This document shows, in pieces, positions 29,745 through 38,420 of a stretch of 64,000 bases of DNA. This stretch comes from an uncultured Nitrospirales bacterium (GTDB taxonomy: Bacteria > Nitrospirota > Nitrospiria > Nitrospirales > NS-4). The stretch lies in the NCBI GenBank assembly GCA_964472655.1, contig CAYYLQ010000013.1:6845-70844 (forward strand), given 5' to 3'. Both the position numbers and the translations under genes were made by a program. The notes below the pieces were generated by a model, which searched no databases, was not told the origin of the DNA, and was given only the letters and a program-made list of their open reading frames with translations. How positions within the stretch are numbered: position 1 is the stretch's first letter; the number at the start of each line of letters is the position of its first letter.

Positions 29745-31805
29745 TCACGCGACCATATTCGGAGCGGCCGGCTGGCCCAGGGGAAGTTGGGTGATCATCT
29801 CGGGAGGCACGGCGTAGAGATCGGTTTCCTCTCCAATGCCCTTGAGGGTCGCCGTCTTGCCCGGCAGATCGGGGGGCAGCACACCGCAGTTTTTGGCCAG
29901 CGCGTAGGCCCGGCGGGACAAGAGCAGTCCGCCGGGTTCGGCGGCGCTCTCCAGGCGCTGCGCCTTGTTCACCTCAGGCCCGATCACGGTGTAGTCCCAG
30001 AGATACTCGGTGCCCAGGTTTCCGACCGTCACGAAGCCGGTGTTGATGCCGATGCGGATCAGGTGGGCTTCCTGGCCTTGGCTGAGCCACCGCAGGTTGA
30101 GCTCGGTCATTTTTTTCTGCATGAGGAGGCCTGCATGCACGGCGTTGGCTGCGTGGCGTTGCACGCGGGCTTCCTCCACGTCTTCGCCTCCGCCTTCCGG
30201 TTCCGCATCGCCGAAAAACGCCATGATGCCGTCACCCATGTATTTGTCGAGCGTGCCCCCGTGCGTGCGGAGAATGACGGTCATGGCTGTCAGGTAGTCC
30301 CGCAGCACCCGCTGAATCTGTAGGGGATCGGAGCGCTTGCAGAAGGTCGAGAACCCGCGAATGTCCGCGAAGAAGATGGTGAGTTCCCGGGTGTGGCCAG
30401 CCAGCATGCCGGGAATGCGCCGGGGGTTCTCACGGATCATTTTGATGGTCTGGGGCGGGAGAAAGCCTCCGAGGACGGACTGAAAGCGCATCCGGTCCCG
30501 GTCCACAAGAAACGCGCGCGTCGTGAGCAGAAGGACGAGGCCGATGGTCATGGCCAGGATCGGCTGCACTGCCGGCAGGATGAGTCCCCCCTTGAAGGCT
30601 TCTTTCAGCGTGAACACGTAAGCGCCCATCATGGCGAGGTAGGTGGGGATGATCACCGATGGCCCGCCCGCGAGGGCCGCTCCCGTCAGGAGCACGACCG
30701 GAACGCCCAGGCTCAAGGCAGTCTCGGTCGGCGTTGCGTTCCGCAGGAACTGCCGCTGCAACAGCATGTTGAGCAGATGGAGGTGGATCTCGCTGGTGGG
30801 GAAATCGCCTTCGAACGGCATCGCCACGCGGTCGCCCGACCCCGTCGTGAGGTTGGAGACCACCACCGTTTTGTCTTTGAGGAGAGCGAGCGTCTTGGCC
30901 CGGCCCTTTTCCGACCGCATCTGACCAAGGAGCCAGCTGTAGGGATAGTGGACGAAGCGGGTCCCCCATGGGCCCGCATAGTTGATCCAGGCGCGCCCTT
31001 CGGCATCGATGGGGATGACGACGTCATCCCCTGCACGGGGCTTGAAGCGGATCTCCCGGCCGCGCTCGATCCGCATCGATGCGGGGTCGGCCTTCAGATA
31101 GCGCAATGCCGCAGCCAGGGACAACGACGGGACGAATCCCCCCTGCACGCGATAGATGAGTGGAACCCTTCGCAGAACTCCATCCCGATCGGACGTGCGC
31201 TGGATGTGTCCGAGACCGGCGGCTGTCTCGACCAGGCCTGGCAGGGGCAGCGTCAGCTCTCCGACCGCCGGGAGTTCCCCGAAGCCGCGGACGTCCGCCC
31301 GCAACAAGTGGCGGGGCGCGGGGAAGCGCGCGATGTCGGCGGGGTTCCCTTCCCGCACCGGTCTGAAAACGAGGGGATAGATGACGGAGCCGGCGCGACG
31401 GGTCGCGTCTATCAAGGCCCTATCCTCTTCCGGGCGGGAAGACGGGTGGTTGAACAACAGATCCATCATTACCGTTCGCGCCCCGGCTTTTTTGAGAAAT
31501 TCGATGACCTGCGCATGGACGCGGCGGTCCCAGGGCCAGCGGCCGAGCCCGTAGTCGCGCGCGGCGCGGTCGTCATAATCAATGGCCGCCAGAACATGAG
31601 ACTGGGGCTCCTCGGGATTCCGTGCCACGGGAATCAAGGGCCGGATTTGGAACCGCAGGTCCACCGTCCACAGCTCGATCGGCTCGAACAGCGCTGGCCA
31701 GGCCAGTTCAAGCAACAAGGGGAATGCGACGGCGACGAGGCTGGAGGCGGCGAGGACGGCGACATCTGTCCATCGCCAATCCCGGTGCAGGGAAAACATG
31801 CGCAT
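29745..31805 (-). CDS. CHASE2-domain class III adenylate/guanylate cyclase
   Basis: GRWPWDR and DRDGVLRRVPL (CHASE2); FADIRGFST, DKYMGDGIMAFFG, IGINTG, VNKAQRLE. Confidence 0.92.
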   Translation of the reverse strand: MRMFSLHRDWRWTDVAVLAASSLVAVAFPLLLELAWPALFEPIELWTVDLRFQIRPLIPVARNPEEPQSHVLAAIDYDDRAARDYGLGRWPWDRRVHAQVIEFLKKAGARTVMMDLLFNHPSSRPEEDRALIDATRRAGSVIYPLVFRPVREGNPADIARFPAPRHLLRADVRGFGELPAVGELTLPLPGLVETAAGLGHIQRTSDRDGVLRRVPLIYRVQGGFVPSLSLAAALRYLKADPASMRIERGREIRFKPRAGDDVVIPIDAEGRAWINYAGPWGTRFVHYPYSWLLGQMRSEKGRAKTLALLKDKTVVVSNLTTGSGDRVAMPFEGDFPTSEIHLHLLNMLLQRQFLRNATPTETALSLGVPVVLLTGAALAGGPSVIIPTYLAMMGAYVFTLKEAFKGGLILPAVQPILAMTIGLVLLLTTRAFLVDRDRMRFQSVLGGFLPPQTIKMIRENPRRIPGMLAGHTRELTIFFADIRGFSTFCKRSDPLQIQRVLRDYLTAMTVILRTHGGTLDKYMGDGIMAFFGDAEPEGGGEDVEEARVQRHAANAVHAGLLMQKKMTELNLRWLSQGQEAHLIRIGINTGFVTVGNLGTEYLWDYTVIGPEVNKAQRLESAAEPGGLLLSRRAYALAKNCGVLPPDLPGKTATLKGIGEETDLYAVPPEMITQLPLGQPAAPNMVA

Positions 31806-31816
31806 GGTCGGCGGCG

Positions 31817-32056
31817 CTAGCCTCCCGATCCTCCTGCGGTGGCCGGCGGTTTCGAGGGAAGCGGCGGGGAAGAGGGATCTTCCGGCGATTGCCGGGCGGG
31901 ACTGGGTTTTTTCTCTTGACGCTCCGGGTTCGCCGGTTGCCGGTTTTCAACGGGTGGCGATCCCGCTTTGCCGGAGGAGGCGCTGTTGCCGAACAACGCG
32001 CAGCCTGCGAGCTGAATCAGGGCGCCGCAGAGAAGAAAACAGAGGACTCGGTTCAG
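31817..32056 (-). CDS. small Pro-rich lipoprotein ending KPPATAGGSGG (CTG start; absent from ORF track)
   Basis: AAGGAGG SD at 32064-32070, 7 nt before CTG; LAGC lipobox; paralog of 32078..32383. Confidence 0.75.
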   Translation of the reverse strand: MNRVLCFLLCGALIQLAGCALFGNSASSGKAGSPPVENRQPANPERQEKKPSPARQSPEDPSSPPLPSKPPATAGGSGG

Positions 32057-32077
32057 AGGAAGGCCTCCTTAATGACG

Positions 32078-32383
32078 TTAGCCTCCCGAACCGCCGATGG
32101 CCGGTGGCTTTGCCGGGGTGGGCGGCTCCGATGTCTCATCAGTGGGCGTCCGGTTTGGGGCGGGCTTCTTGTTGCCCACCGTCTGGGGCTTCTTATCTTT
32201 CCGTTCAGGGGCAACTGATTGCCCGGTTTGGATGGAAGGCTCCTTGGAGGATTCCTTTTTGGACGATTCCTTTGAAGGGGCAGGATCGCCGGAAGTCCCG
32301 CCGGTGGCGCAGCTCGCCAGCAGCGGTAGCATGAGGCTTATCAACAGTATACGGGCTAAACGATGGAAGCAGAATGTTGTCAT
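32078..32383 (-). CDS. small Pro/Lys-rich lipoprotein ending KPPAIGGSGG
   Basis: GAGGGG SD, LASC lipobox, disordered body. Confidence 0.75.
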   Translation of the reverse strand: MTTFCFHRLARILLISLMLPLLASCATGGTSGDPAPSKESSKKESSKEPSIQTGQSVAPERKDKKPQTVGNKKPAPNRTPTDETSEPPTPAKPPAIGGSGG

Positions 32384-32491
32384 CGGCGCGGTCCCCTCGC
32401 CTTGGCGAAAGCTTATGATACGCCAGACCGAAAAGCAATACAACGTTTCCGACTGGCGCTTCCGCAGACAGGCCGACCGTTTTCTTGACAG

Positions 32492-33568
32492 TTACAGCAC
32501 CAGGTCCACGGCGGCCTGGCGCTTGGTGACCTTGTCCTCGGGGTTGTAGGTGGCGACGATCTCCTTCTTCATGTCCTTGGCGGAGACGACGATCCTGGTG
32601 CCCGCGTCCTCGTTGTGGATGTGGAGGAAGATTTCGTAATAGCCTTCCTTGTTGGTCTTGCCCTCATGGCTCTCGCGGCCTTCCTTCAACGGCTTGGCCA
32701 GGACCGGCAGGTCAGGGATCGGCTTTCCGGCCTTGTCGCGCACGTAGCCATACACAATGAAGCCATGATCCACCCTGCTTTTCACGAAGATCGGCTTCGG
32801 CGTTTCGACGGCCGGGTTCTTCAGCGTGGCCAGATAGGCCGCCAGGGCGGTGACCTCTTCGTCGGTCATCAGCTCCTTGTATTTGTCCGGCATCAGTCCC
32901 TTCTTGTGCTCTTTCTCAAAGCCGTCGGCGTAGAGGTAGGTCGGATCGAAGACCTTTTTCTTGACGTCGTCCTGCGTCAAAAGGTTGCCGATGTTGTCCA
33001 GGACCGGCCCGCGCTTCTTCACCGAACCCTTGCCCCCGATCTTATGGCAGTTGTAGCACTCGTGCAGGTCGTAGACTTCCATGCCGCGCGCGATGATGTC
33101 GCCGCTGCCGGCGGAGGTGGTCTGCGCGCCGGCTGCCCGCCCGCCTGCGGGCGCCGACGGCGCAAACTTCTCCAGTTTGGCCAAGAGGCCGCCGGTCTTG
33201 GCCTGCAGATCCTCGGATTTCTTGATCATCTCTTCCAGCTTGGCCCGGCGCGCTTCCGGTGTTTCCATCTTCGGCTTGACGATCTTGTCGATCTTGCCTT
33301 TTTCCACGGTCGGATCGTACTGAGGCAGAAAGGATGCGCCTCCGATGTAGACGGCCGAGATGACCGCATAAAAACCGAGCAGCGCCGCCAGGGCGCGCCA
33401 TCCGGTGAGGTTCGGAAAGGACGGAGCATCCAGCAGCAGAAAGACTACCAGGCCCAGCAGGACATAAAGCACGAACATCTTCTGGAAGATGGGCGGGAAG
33501 TGCATGGCTGCGGTTCCGAACCAGACGATCGGAATCAGGGCCGCGGCGATGATGAGCTTCCTGATCAT
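32492..33568 (-). CDS. membrane-anchored monoheme cytochrome c with C-terminal beta-sandwich
   Basis: three N-terminal TMs, CYNCH, GPVL..IG, candidate distal Met in GLMP. Confidence 0.85.
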   Translation of the reverse strand: MIRKLIIAAALIPIVWFGTAAMHFPPIFQKMFVLYVLLGLVVFLLLDAPSFPNLTGWRALAALLGFYAVISAVYIGGASFLPQYDPTVEKGKIDKIVKPKMETPEARRAKLEEMIKKSEDLQAKTGGLLAKLEKFAPSAPAGGRAAGAQTTSAGSGDIIARGMEVYDLHECYNCHKIGGKGSVKKRGPVLDNIGNLLTQDDVKKKVFDPTYLYADGFEKEHKKGLMPDKYKELMTDEEVTALAAYLATLKNPAVETPKPIFVKSRVDHGFIVYGYVRDKAGKPIPDLPVLAKPLKEGRESHEGKTNKEGYYEIFLHIHNEDAGTRIVVSAKDMKKEIVATYNPEDKVTKRQAAVDLVL

Positions 33569-33625
33569 ATTTGCCTCACAGAGCGGTTCAAGGCTGCGTC
33601 ATTATACCGATTCTGCGGACAGGCG

Positions 33626-34432
33626 TCATGTGGCGGACGACATCCGTAGACGCCCGGCCAGCTTCAGCAAGAGGAAGGCCGTGATCGGCAGGTACATCAG
33701 CAGACCGGCGGCGCCGATCAGCGGCTCGCCGATCCAGAAGGTGACGGCCAGGTTGAACGCGAGGATGCCGTAGTAGAGGGCACATCCGAAGAGCAGCTTG
33801 CGGGCGACGTTCGTAGCGGGAGGGGGCATGTGGCCGTATTCGGGCAACCACCTATCGAGTCGTTGATACAGGCCGAAGGAGATGAGGCCCACCACGGCCC
33901 ATCCTGCATAATTCGCGATCGGCACGCCAAAATGCATGCCCGGTTCCGGGTAGTAGTAGATCTTGCCGAGGAACCAGCGGTCGCCGCGGAGAGCCACCGG
34001 GTCGATGACCGCGTCCAACAGCACGAAAAACAGGACGGTGAAACCCAGCACCGGGATCGAGGTGCGGGTCGCCCGGTCGGCGCGCATCGCCATTCCCAGG
34101 CCGCGGCCTTGCGCCGGCAGCAGCAGGGTCAGGGCCAGGCAGTGGCTGGTGAACAGGAGAAACGAAAACGACAGCGAGTCCATGAACGGGACGTTGCTGA
34201 TGTAGAGTTCCCGGCCGACAGTCGAGCCGTTGTAGAAGTACCAGCCGAACGGAACACCGGTGCGTGTGGAGGAGAACTCGCAGACGAAAGCGGTCGCCCA
34301 GGTCATCAGGAAAAAGATCGCCGTGCGTTGCTTCCCGATGAGGTGGATTGAGGTCGCCAGCGCGATGGCGAGAAAAATGAAGACGTACGGCCGGAGCAGG
34401 AGGGTCTTGCCGAGGAGGCCGAGAAGCTCCAT
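33626..34432 (-). CDS. CruF/DUF422-like isoprenoid-modifying membrane protein
   Basis: E..TRTGVPFGWY.Y, DAVIDPVA, GVPIANYAGW. Confidence 0.75.
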   Translation of the reverse strand: MELLGLLGKTLLLRPYVFIFLAIALATSIHLIGKQRTAIFFLMTWATAFVCEFSSTRTGVPFGWYFYNGSTVGRELYISNVPFMDSLSFSFLLFTSHCLALTLLLPAQGRGLGMAMRADRATRTSIPVLGFTVLFFVLLDAVIDPVALRGDRWFLGKIYYYPEPGMHFGVPIANYAGWAVVGLISFGLYQRLDRWLPEYGHMPPPATNVARKLLFGCALYYGILAFNLAVTFWIGEPLIGAAGLLMYLPITAFLLLKLAGRLRMSSAT

Positions 34433-35418
34433 TAGGCGTAGCGATGGTCGCGGAACCAGCGCACTGCCTTGTCCAGCGCGACCTCCACGGGCGTCTGCGG
34501 CAAGTTCAGTTCGCGGATGGCCTTGGAGCAGTCATAGTGCATGACGTACTTGGCCATCTTGACGCCTTCGAGCGGAATGCGCGGCGGTCGGTGCGTGACG
34601 TAATCGGCCAGCCATTGGTTGGCGTAGGCCAGCGGCAGGATGGCCAGGCGCGGCAGTTTGATCGTCGGGGCGGGGACGCCGGTCAGGCGGCTCAGCAGCG
34701 CGAAGACCTCGCGGAGCGTCAGGTTTCGATTGCCCAGGATGTAGCGTTCGCCGAGCCGGCCCTTCTCCATGGCGTGAAGATGGCCGACGGCGACGTCATC
34801 CACGTCGATCAGGTTCATGCCGGTCTCGATGTAGGCCGGCATCCGGCCCCTCATGAAGTCCACGATCACCTGACCCGTGGGCGTGGGCTTGATGTCGCGG
34901 GCGCCGACCGGCGCGCTGGGATTGACGATCACGACCGGCAGTCCCGCGCCGGCCAGCTTTATCACTTCCTGCTCGGCCAGGAACTTCGACCGCTTGTAGT
35001 GGCCTGACATCTGTTCGAGCGACCGCGGCGTCTCTTCCGTCCCCAGTCCGCCGCCGGGCGGCAGGCCGATCGCGCCGATCGTGCTGGTATAGACGATCCG
35101 CTCGACGCCGACGGCGCGCGCCGCTTCCATGAGGTGGCGCGTGCCGGTGACGTTGATGTCGTAGAAGATCTGCGGATCGGGCGCCCAGAGGGCATAGTGC
35201 GCTGCGACGTGATAGAGCTGCTGGCAGCCGGTGAGGGCCTGCCGCAGGGAGACGGCGTCGCGCAGATCGCCGTAGGCCTGCTCGACCTTGAGCCCTTGCA
35301 GGTTGCCGAGGTCGCTGTCGCGCCGGACGAGCACGCGGACTTCCACTCCGCGTTCCGACAGGCACCGCGCCACGGCGGCGCCGATGAACCCCGTGGACCC
35401 CGTCACCAAGGCTTTCAT
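34432..35418 (-). CDS. hpnA: hopanoid-associated NAD-dependent epimerase
   Basis: GSTGFIG, HVAAHYALW, YKRSK, DIKPTPTG. Confidence 0.85.
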   Translation of the reverse strand: MKALVTGSTGFIGAAVARCLSERGVEVRVLVRRDSDLGNLQGLKVEQAYGDLRDAVSLRQALTGCQQLYHVAAHYALWAPDPQIFYDINVTGTRHLMEAARAVGVERIVYTSTIGAIGLPPGGGLGTEETPRSLEQMSGHYKRSKFLAEQEVIKLAGAGLPVVIVNPSAPVGARDIKPTPTGQVIVDFMRGRMPAYIETGMNLIDVDDVAVGHLHAMEKGRLGERYILGNRNLTLREVFALLSRLTGVPAPTIKLPRLAILPLAYANQWLADYVTHRPPRIPLEGVKMAKYVMHYDCSKAIRELNLPQTPVEVALDKAVRWFRDHRYA

Positions 35419-35463
35419 TACACCCGCCCTCCCCAGGCGCGCGGAGACGCGCCCTTTCCCGCG

Positions 35464-36354
35464 TTAATTTTTTCTGGCGATGATGTAGCGGGCCAGCTCG
35501 CGGAGGGGCTCGGCCTTCCGATCGAAGCCCTTGAGATGCCCGATGGCCAACGCGACGCGTTCCTCGGCCAGCTTGCGGGCGCCGTCCACACCAAAGAAGG
35601 TCGGGTAGGTCTTTTTTCCTCGGGAGGCGTCGGTGTTCGCGTCCTTGCCCAATTCCTCGCGCGTGCCCGTGACGTTCAACACGTCGTCCGCAATTTGGAA
35701 CGCGAGGCCGACGTCCTCTGCATAGGCGGTCAGGCGATCCAATTGTTTCGATGTGGCGCCTCCGGCGATGCCACCGATGCGGACGGACGCGCGGATGAGC
35801 TTGCCGGTCTTCCAGCGATGCACGCCTTCCAGCGTGGTCAGGTCGATGTCCTTGCCTTCGGCCTCGATGTCGGCAACCTGCCCGCCCACCATGCCCACGT
35901 TGCCGGAGCCGGCGGCCAGCTCCTGGATCACCCGTACCTGCGCGCGGGGGGCGAGACCGTCGGCCGACTCGGGACGGCTGACGATGTCGAAGGCCATTGT
36001 CAACAAAGCGTCGCCGGCCAAGATCGCCATGGCTTCGCCGAAGACCTTGTGGTTCGTGAGCTTGCCACGCCGGTAGTCGTCGTTGTCCATGGCGGGGAGG
36101 TCGTCGTGGATCAGCGAATAGGTATGGATCAATTCCAGAGATGAGGCGAGGGGCAGGATGAAGGGCGAATCCCCACCAACGGCTTCGTAGGCCGCGATGG
36201 CCAGGATCGGACGCACGCGCTTCCCCCCGGCGAACAGGCTGTAACGCATGGCCTTGTGGAGCTTCGCCGGCGGCGCGGATTCGGGCGGCAGGACGGCCTC
36301 GAGAAAGCAGTCCACGGCCTGCCGTTTTTGCTCGAGATACTTCTTAATGTCCAT
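35464..36354 (-). CDS. ispA: polyprenyl (farnesyl) diphosphate synthase
   Basis: GGKRVRP, HDDLPAMDNDDYRRG, FQIADD, KKTYP. Confidence 0.92.
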   Translation of the reverse strand: MDIKKYLEQKRQAVDCFLEAVLPPESAPPAKLHKAMRYSLFAGGKRVRPILAIAAYEAVGGDSPFILPLASSLELIHTYSLIHDDLPAMDNDDYRRGKLTNHKVFGEAMAILAGDALLTMAFDIVSRPESADGLAPRAQVRVIQELAAGSGNVGMVGGQVADIEAEGKDIDLTTLEGVHRWKTGKLIRASVRIGGIAGGATSKQLDRLTAYAEDVGLAFQIADDVLNVTGTREELGKDANTDASRGKKTYPTFFGVDGARKLAEERVALAIGHLKGFDRKAEPLRELARYIIARKN

Positions 36355-36406
36355 ACAGGAAGGGAGCTTAACAAGCCTTCCAAAGAGAGTCAACGCACGG
36401 TGAAAG

Positions 36407-37009
36407 TCACGGAATGGCCGCGAAGTCGAGGTCGAAGGAGAGTTCCCCGCCGCCGCGCGGGAAGACGGAGAGTTGGGTCTTCGCCAGTGGATCAAAGTCG
36501 CCGTAGACGAAGGATGCCACAACCTTGGCGCGATAGGCCGGCGACTTCGGCCAGGCGGACGTGCGGTCGGCCGTGGCGTCCGCCCGAACGTGCGTCGGCA
36601 TAATCTTCCGGTCGCCCTGCGTCAGCATGACGAAGGTGTTCTGCGCGAACTCGCGGCGGTCTCCGTAGAGCGTGACGCTGATCTGAAGGTGCTTGTCGTC
36701 CAGAACCCGCTGGAGTTCCTGGTCCGTCGGCTGCGCGGAGCGGAGCGCGAAGTGGGCCGACATGACGGCCAGCCCCGAGAGCTTCGTCATGAGGAAGCCG
36801 CGTGGGTGGAACTCGTTCGCGGGGTCGCTAGGCGGGCCGAACCACGAGTAGAGCTCGACCGGGGGAACCCGGGACGTCGCCGCGGCGCGGCCCCGTTCCA
36901 GCGCCTGCCGGACCTGTTCGGCGCTCGGCTGCACTTCAATGGCTGCCGCGATGGTCGCGATGCAGCCGACCGCCGGAACGATGAGACCGAACACATAGCG
37001 TTTGTTCAT
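36407..37009 (-). CDS. hypothetical exported protein
   Basis: signal peptide MNKRYVFGLIV...AAA; globular. Confidence 0.7.
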   Translation of the reverse strand: MNKRYVFGLIVPAVGCIATIAAAIEVQPSAEQVRQALERGRAAATSRVPPVELYSWFGPPSDPANEFHPRGFLMTKLSGLAVMSAHFALRSAQPTDQELQRVLDDKHLQISVTLYGDRREFAQNTFVMLTQGDRKIMPTHVRADATADRTSAWPKSPAYRAKVVASFVYGDFDPLAKTQLSVFPRGGGELSFDLDFAAIP

Positions 37010-37087
37010 CGGGAGGTTTCTAGTCCGGTTGAACGTCCCAGTCAAGGCTTGCGGGAAGCGCCGGGCTTCTCTATACTGTGCCTCGCT

Positions 37088-37471
37088 ATGGGATGGCGCC
37101 GCATCGAACAGGGCATCGAAACCCAAACATTGGAGATCCAGCCGGCCACCTGCCCAGTGTGCCGGAAGGGCCTTTACCGGAACGTCACCTTCCTGACGGG
37201 CGGGTGGGCCCGGTGCTCCCAGTGCAACGAGGTCGTCCATTACGCCTGCCTCAGCGGGGGGAAGTTTCTAAAGGAACGGCCCCGGCTGTGCGCGGACTGC
37301 AAGGCTGGCCGTGTGCGGCCCTCCCAGAAGATGCCGGTGCCGCCGCCCAGGCCGCCGACCGCGGCGCCTGAACCCGTTGCGGTCACGGCTCCGGCGCCGC
37401 CGGTCCCTCCCGCAAGTTCTCCGCCTGTTCCCGCGACGCCTGTACCGCCTTCTTCCACTCCAGCTGCATGA
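37088..37471 (+). CDS. C4HC3 (PHD/RINGv-like) zinc-finger protein with Pro-rich tail
   Basis: CPVC-x17-CSQC-x4-HYAC-x13-CADC; TTGCGG-N17-TATACT upstream. Confidence 0.72.
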   Translation: MGWRRIEQGIETQTLEIQPATCPVCRKGLYRNVTFLTGGWARCSQCNEVVHYACLSGGKFLKERPRLCADCKAGRVRPSQKMPVPPPRPPTAAPEPVAVTAPAPPVPPASSPPVPATPVPPSSTPAA

Positions 37472-37812
37472 ACGAGCCGGTCGCGGCGCAGGGGTCGCCG
37501 GGAGCGCGATGGTGGAATGGCGCGTTCCTCGTCCTCGTGGTGCCGATCGTCAACGTCATTGGCGGGTTCTTCATCCTCGATTTTCTCCTGAGCGGCCAAT
37601 ACACCTGGGGCAGGACGCTGCGGATACTCGTCCTCTCGCTGAGCCTTCTCGTGCTGGTGTACGAGTTCGTGTATCGGGACCTGCAGATGCGCCATCCCGA
37701 ATGGCCGGGGCGGCGCCTGCTGAACCGCGTGCTGGGCTATGCGGTAATCCCGTTTTTCAGCGGGATGGTGATGCTTCTTCTGCTACTCGCGGCGACGCGG
37801 CTGATGAAATGA
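37468..37812 (+). CDS. hypothetical 3-TM membrane protein
   Basis: three hydrophobic helices; ATGA overlap with upstream gene. Confidence 0.7.
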   Translation: MNEPVAAQGSPGARWWNGAFLVLVVPIVNVIGGFFILDFLLSGQYTWGRTLRILVLSLSLLVLVYEFVYRDLQMRHPEWPGRRLLNRVLGYAVIPFFSGMVMLLLLLAATRLMK

Positions 37813-37819
37813 AGGGGAA

Positions 37820-38041
37820 CTACTTTGCGGCGTACTTAGATGTGTGCTGGAACACGCACTTCGGGCAGATGTAATGCAGGAATTTCCCGTCGGCCACCAG
37901 CCGCTTGGTCATCGGGACCTTGCACCAGGTGCAGGCCCGGTCGGGCGTGTCACAAAGCGAGCAAACGGGGGTGACGGTGCCGTCCCGACTCACCGGCACG
38001 GTCGGCTTTCCGCACTTGGAGCAGGCTGAATTCTCATTCAC
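37820..38041 (-). CDS. double zinc-ribbon small protein (4x CxxC)
   Basis: CSKC, CSLC, CTWC, CPKC; probable GTG start at 38041. Confidence 0.65.
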   Translation of the reverse strand: MNENSACSKCGKPTVPVSRDGTVTPVCSLCDTPDRACTWCKVPMTKRLVADGKFLHYICPKCVFQHTSKYAAK

Positions 38042-38077
38042 GCCTGTCTTTTCGCACAGCCAAAAGAGGCTTGTCAA

Positions 38078-38416
38078 ATGAGCTCCAGGGCAGTCCGTGC
38101 ATTCTTCGAGGCGCTGCCGTCCCACTTCCATCCCGATGCGGCGGAAGGGGTGCGCGCCGTCTATCAATTCGATCTGGCGGGCGAGGAAGGCGGGCAGTAC
38201 CAACTCCACGTCGCCGACCGGTCCTGCCGGGTCTGCGACGGCGTCCATGCTTCACCAAACGTCACGTTGTCGATGGCGGGGGAGGACTGCATCGCGATTC
38301 TGGAGGGGAAACTGAACGGCCTGTCGGCGTTGCTCAGCGGGCGTTTGAAAATCGACGGCGATACGGGACTCGCGATGCGGCTGGCGGCCTTCTTTCCCGA
38401 TCTGCGCCCGAAATAG
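38078..38416 (+). CDS. SCP2 sterol/lipid-binding domain protein
   Basis: AVYQFDLAGEEGG, LSGRLKIDGD..LAMRL. Confidence 0.85.
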   Translation: MSSRAVRAFFEALPSHFHPDAAEGVRAVYQFDLAGEEGGQYQLHVADRSCRVCDGVHASPNVTLSMAGEDCIAILEGKLNGLSALLSGRLKIDGDTGLAMRLAAFFPDLRPK

Positions 38417-38420
38417 ATCC

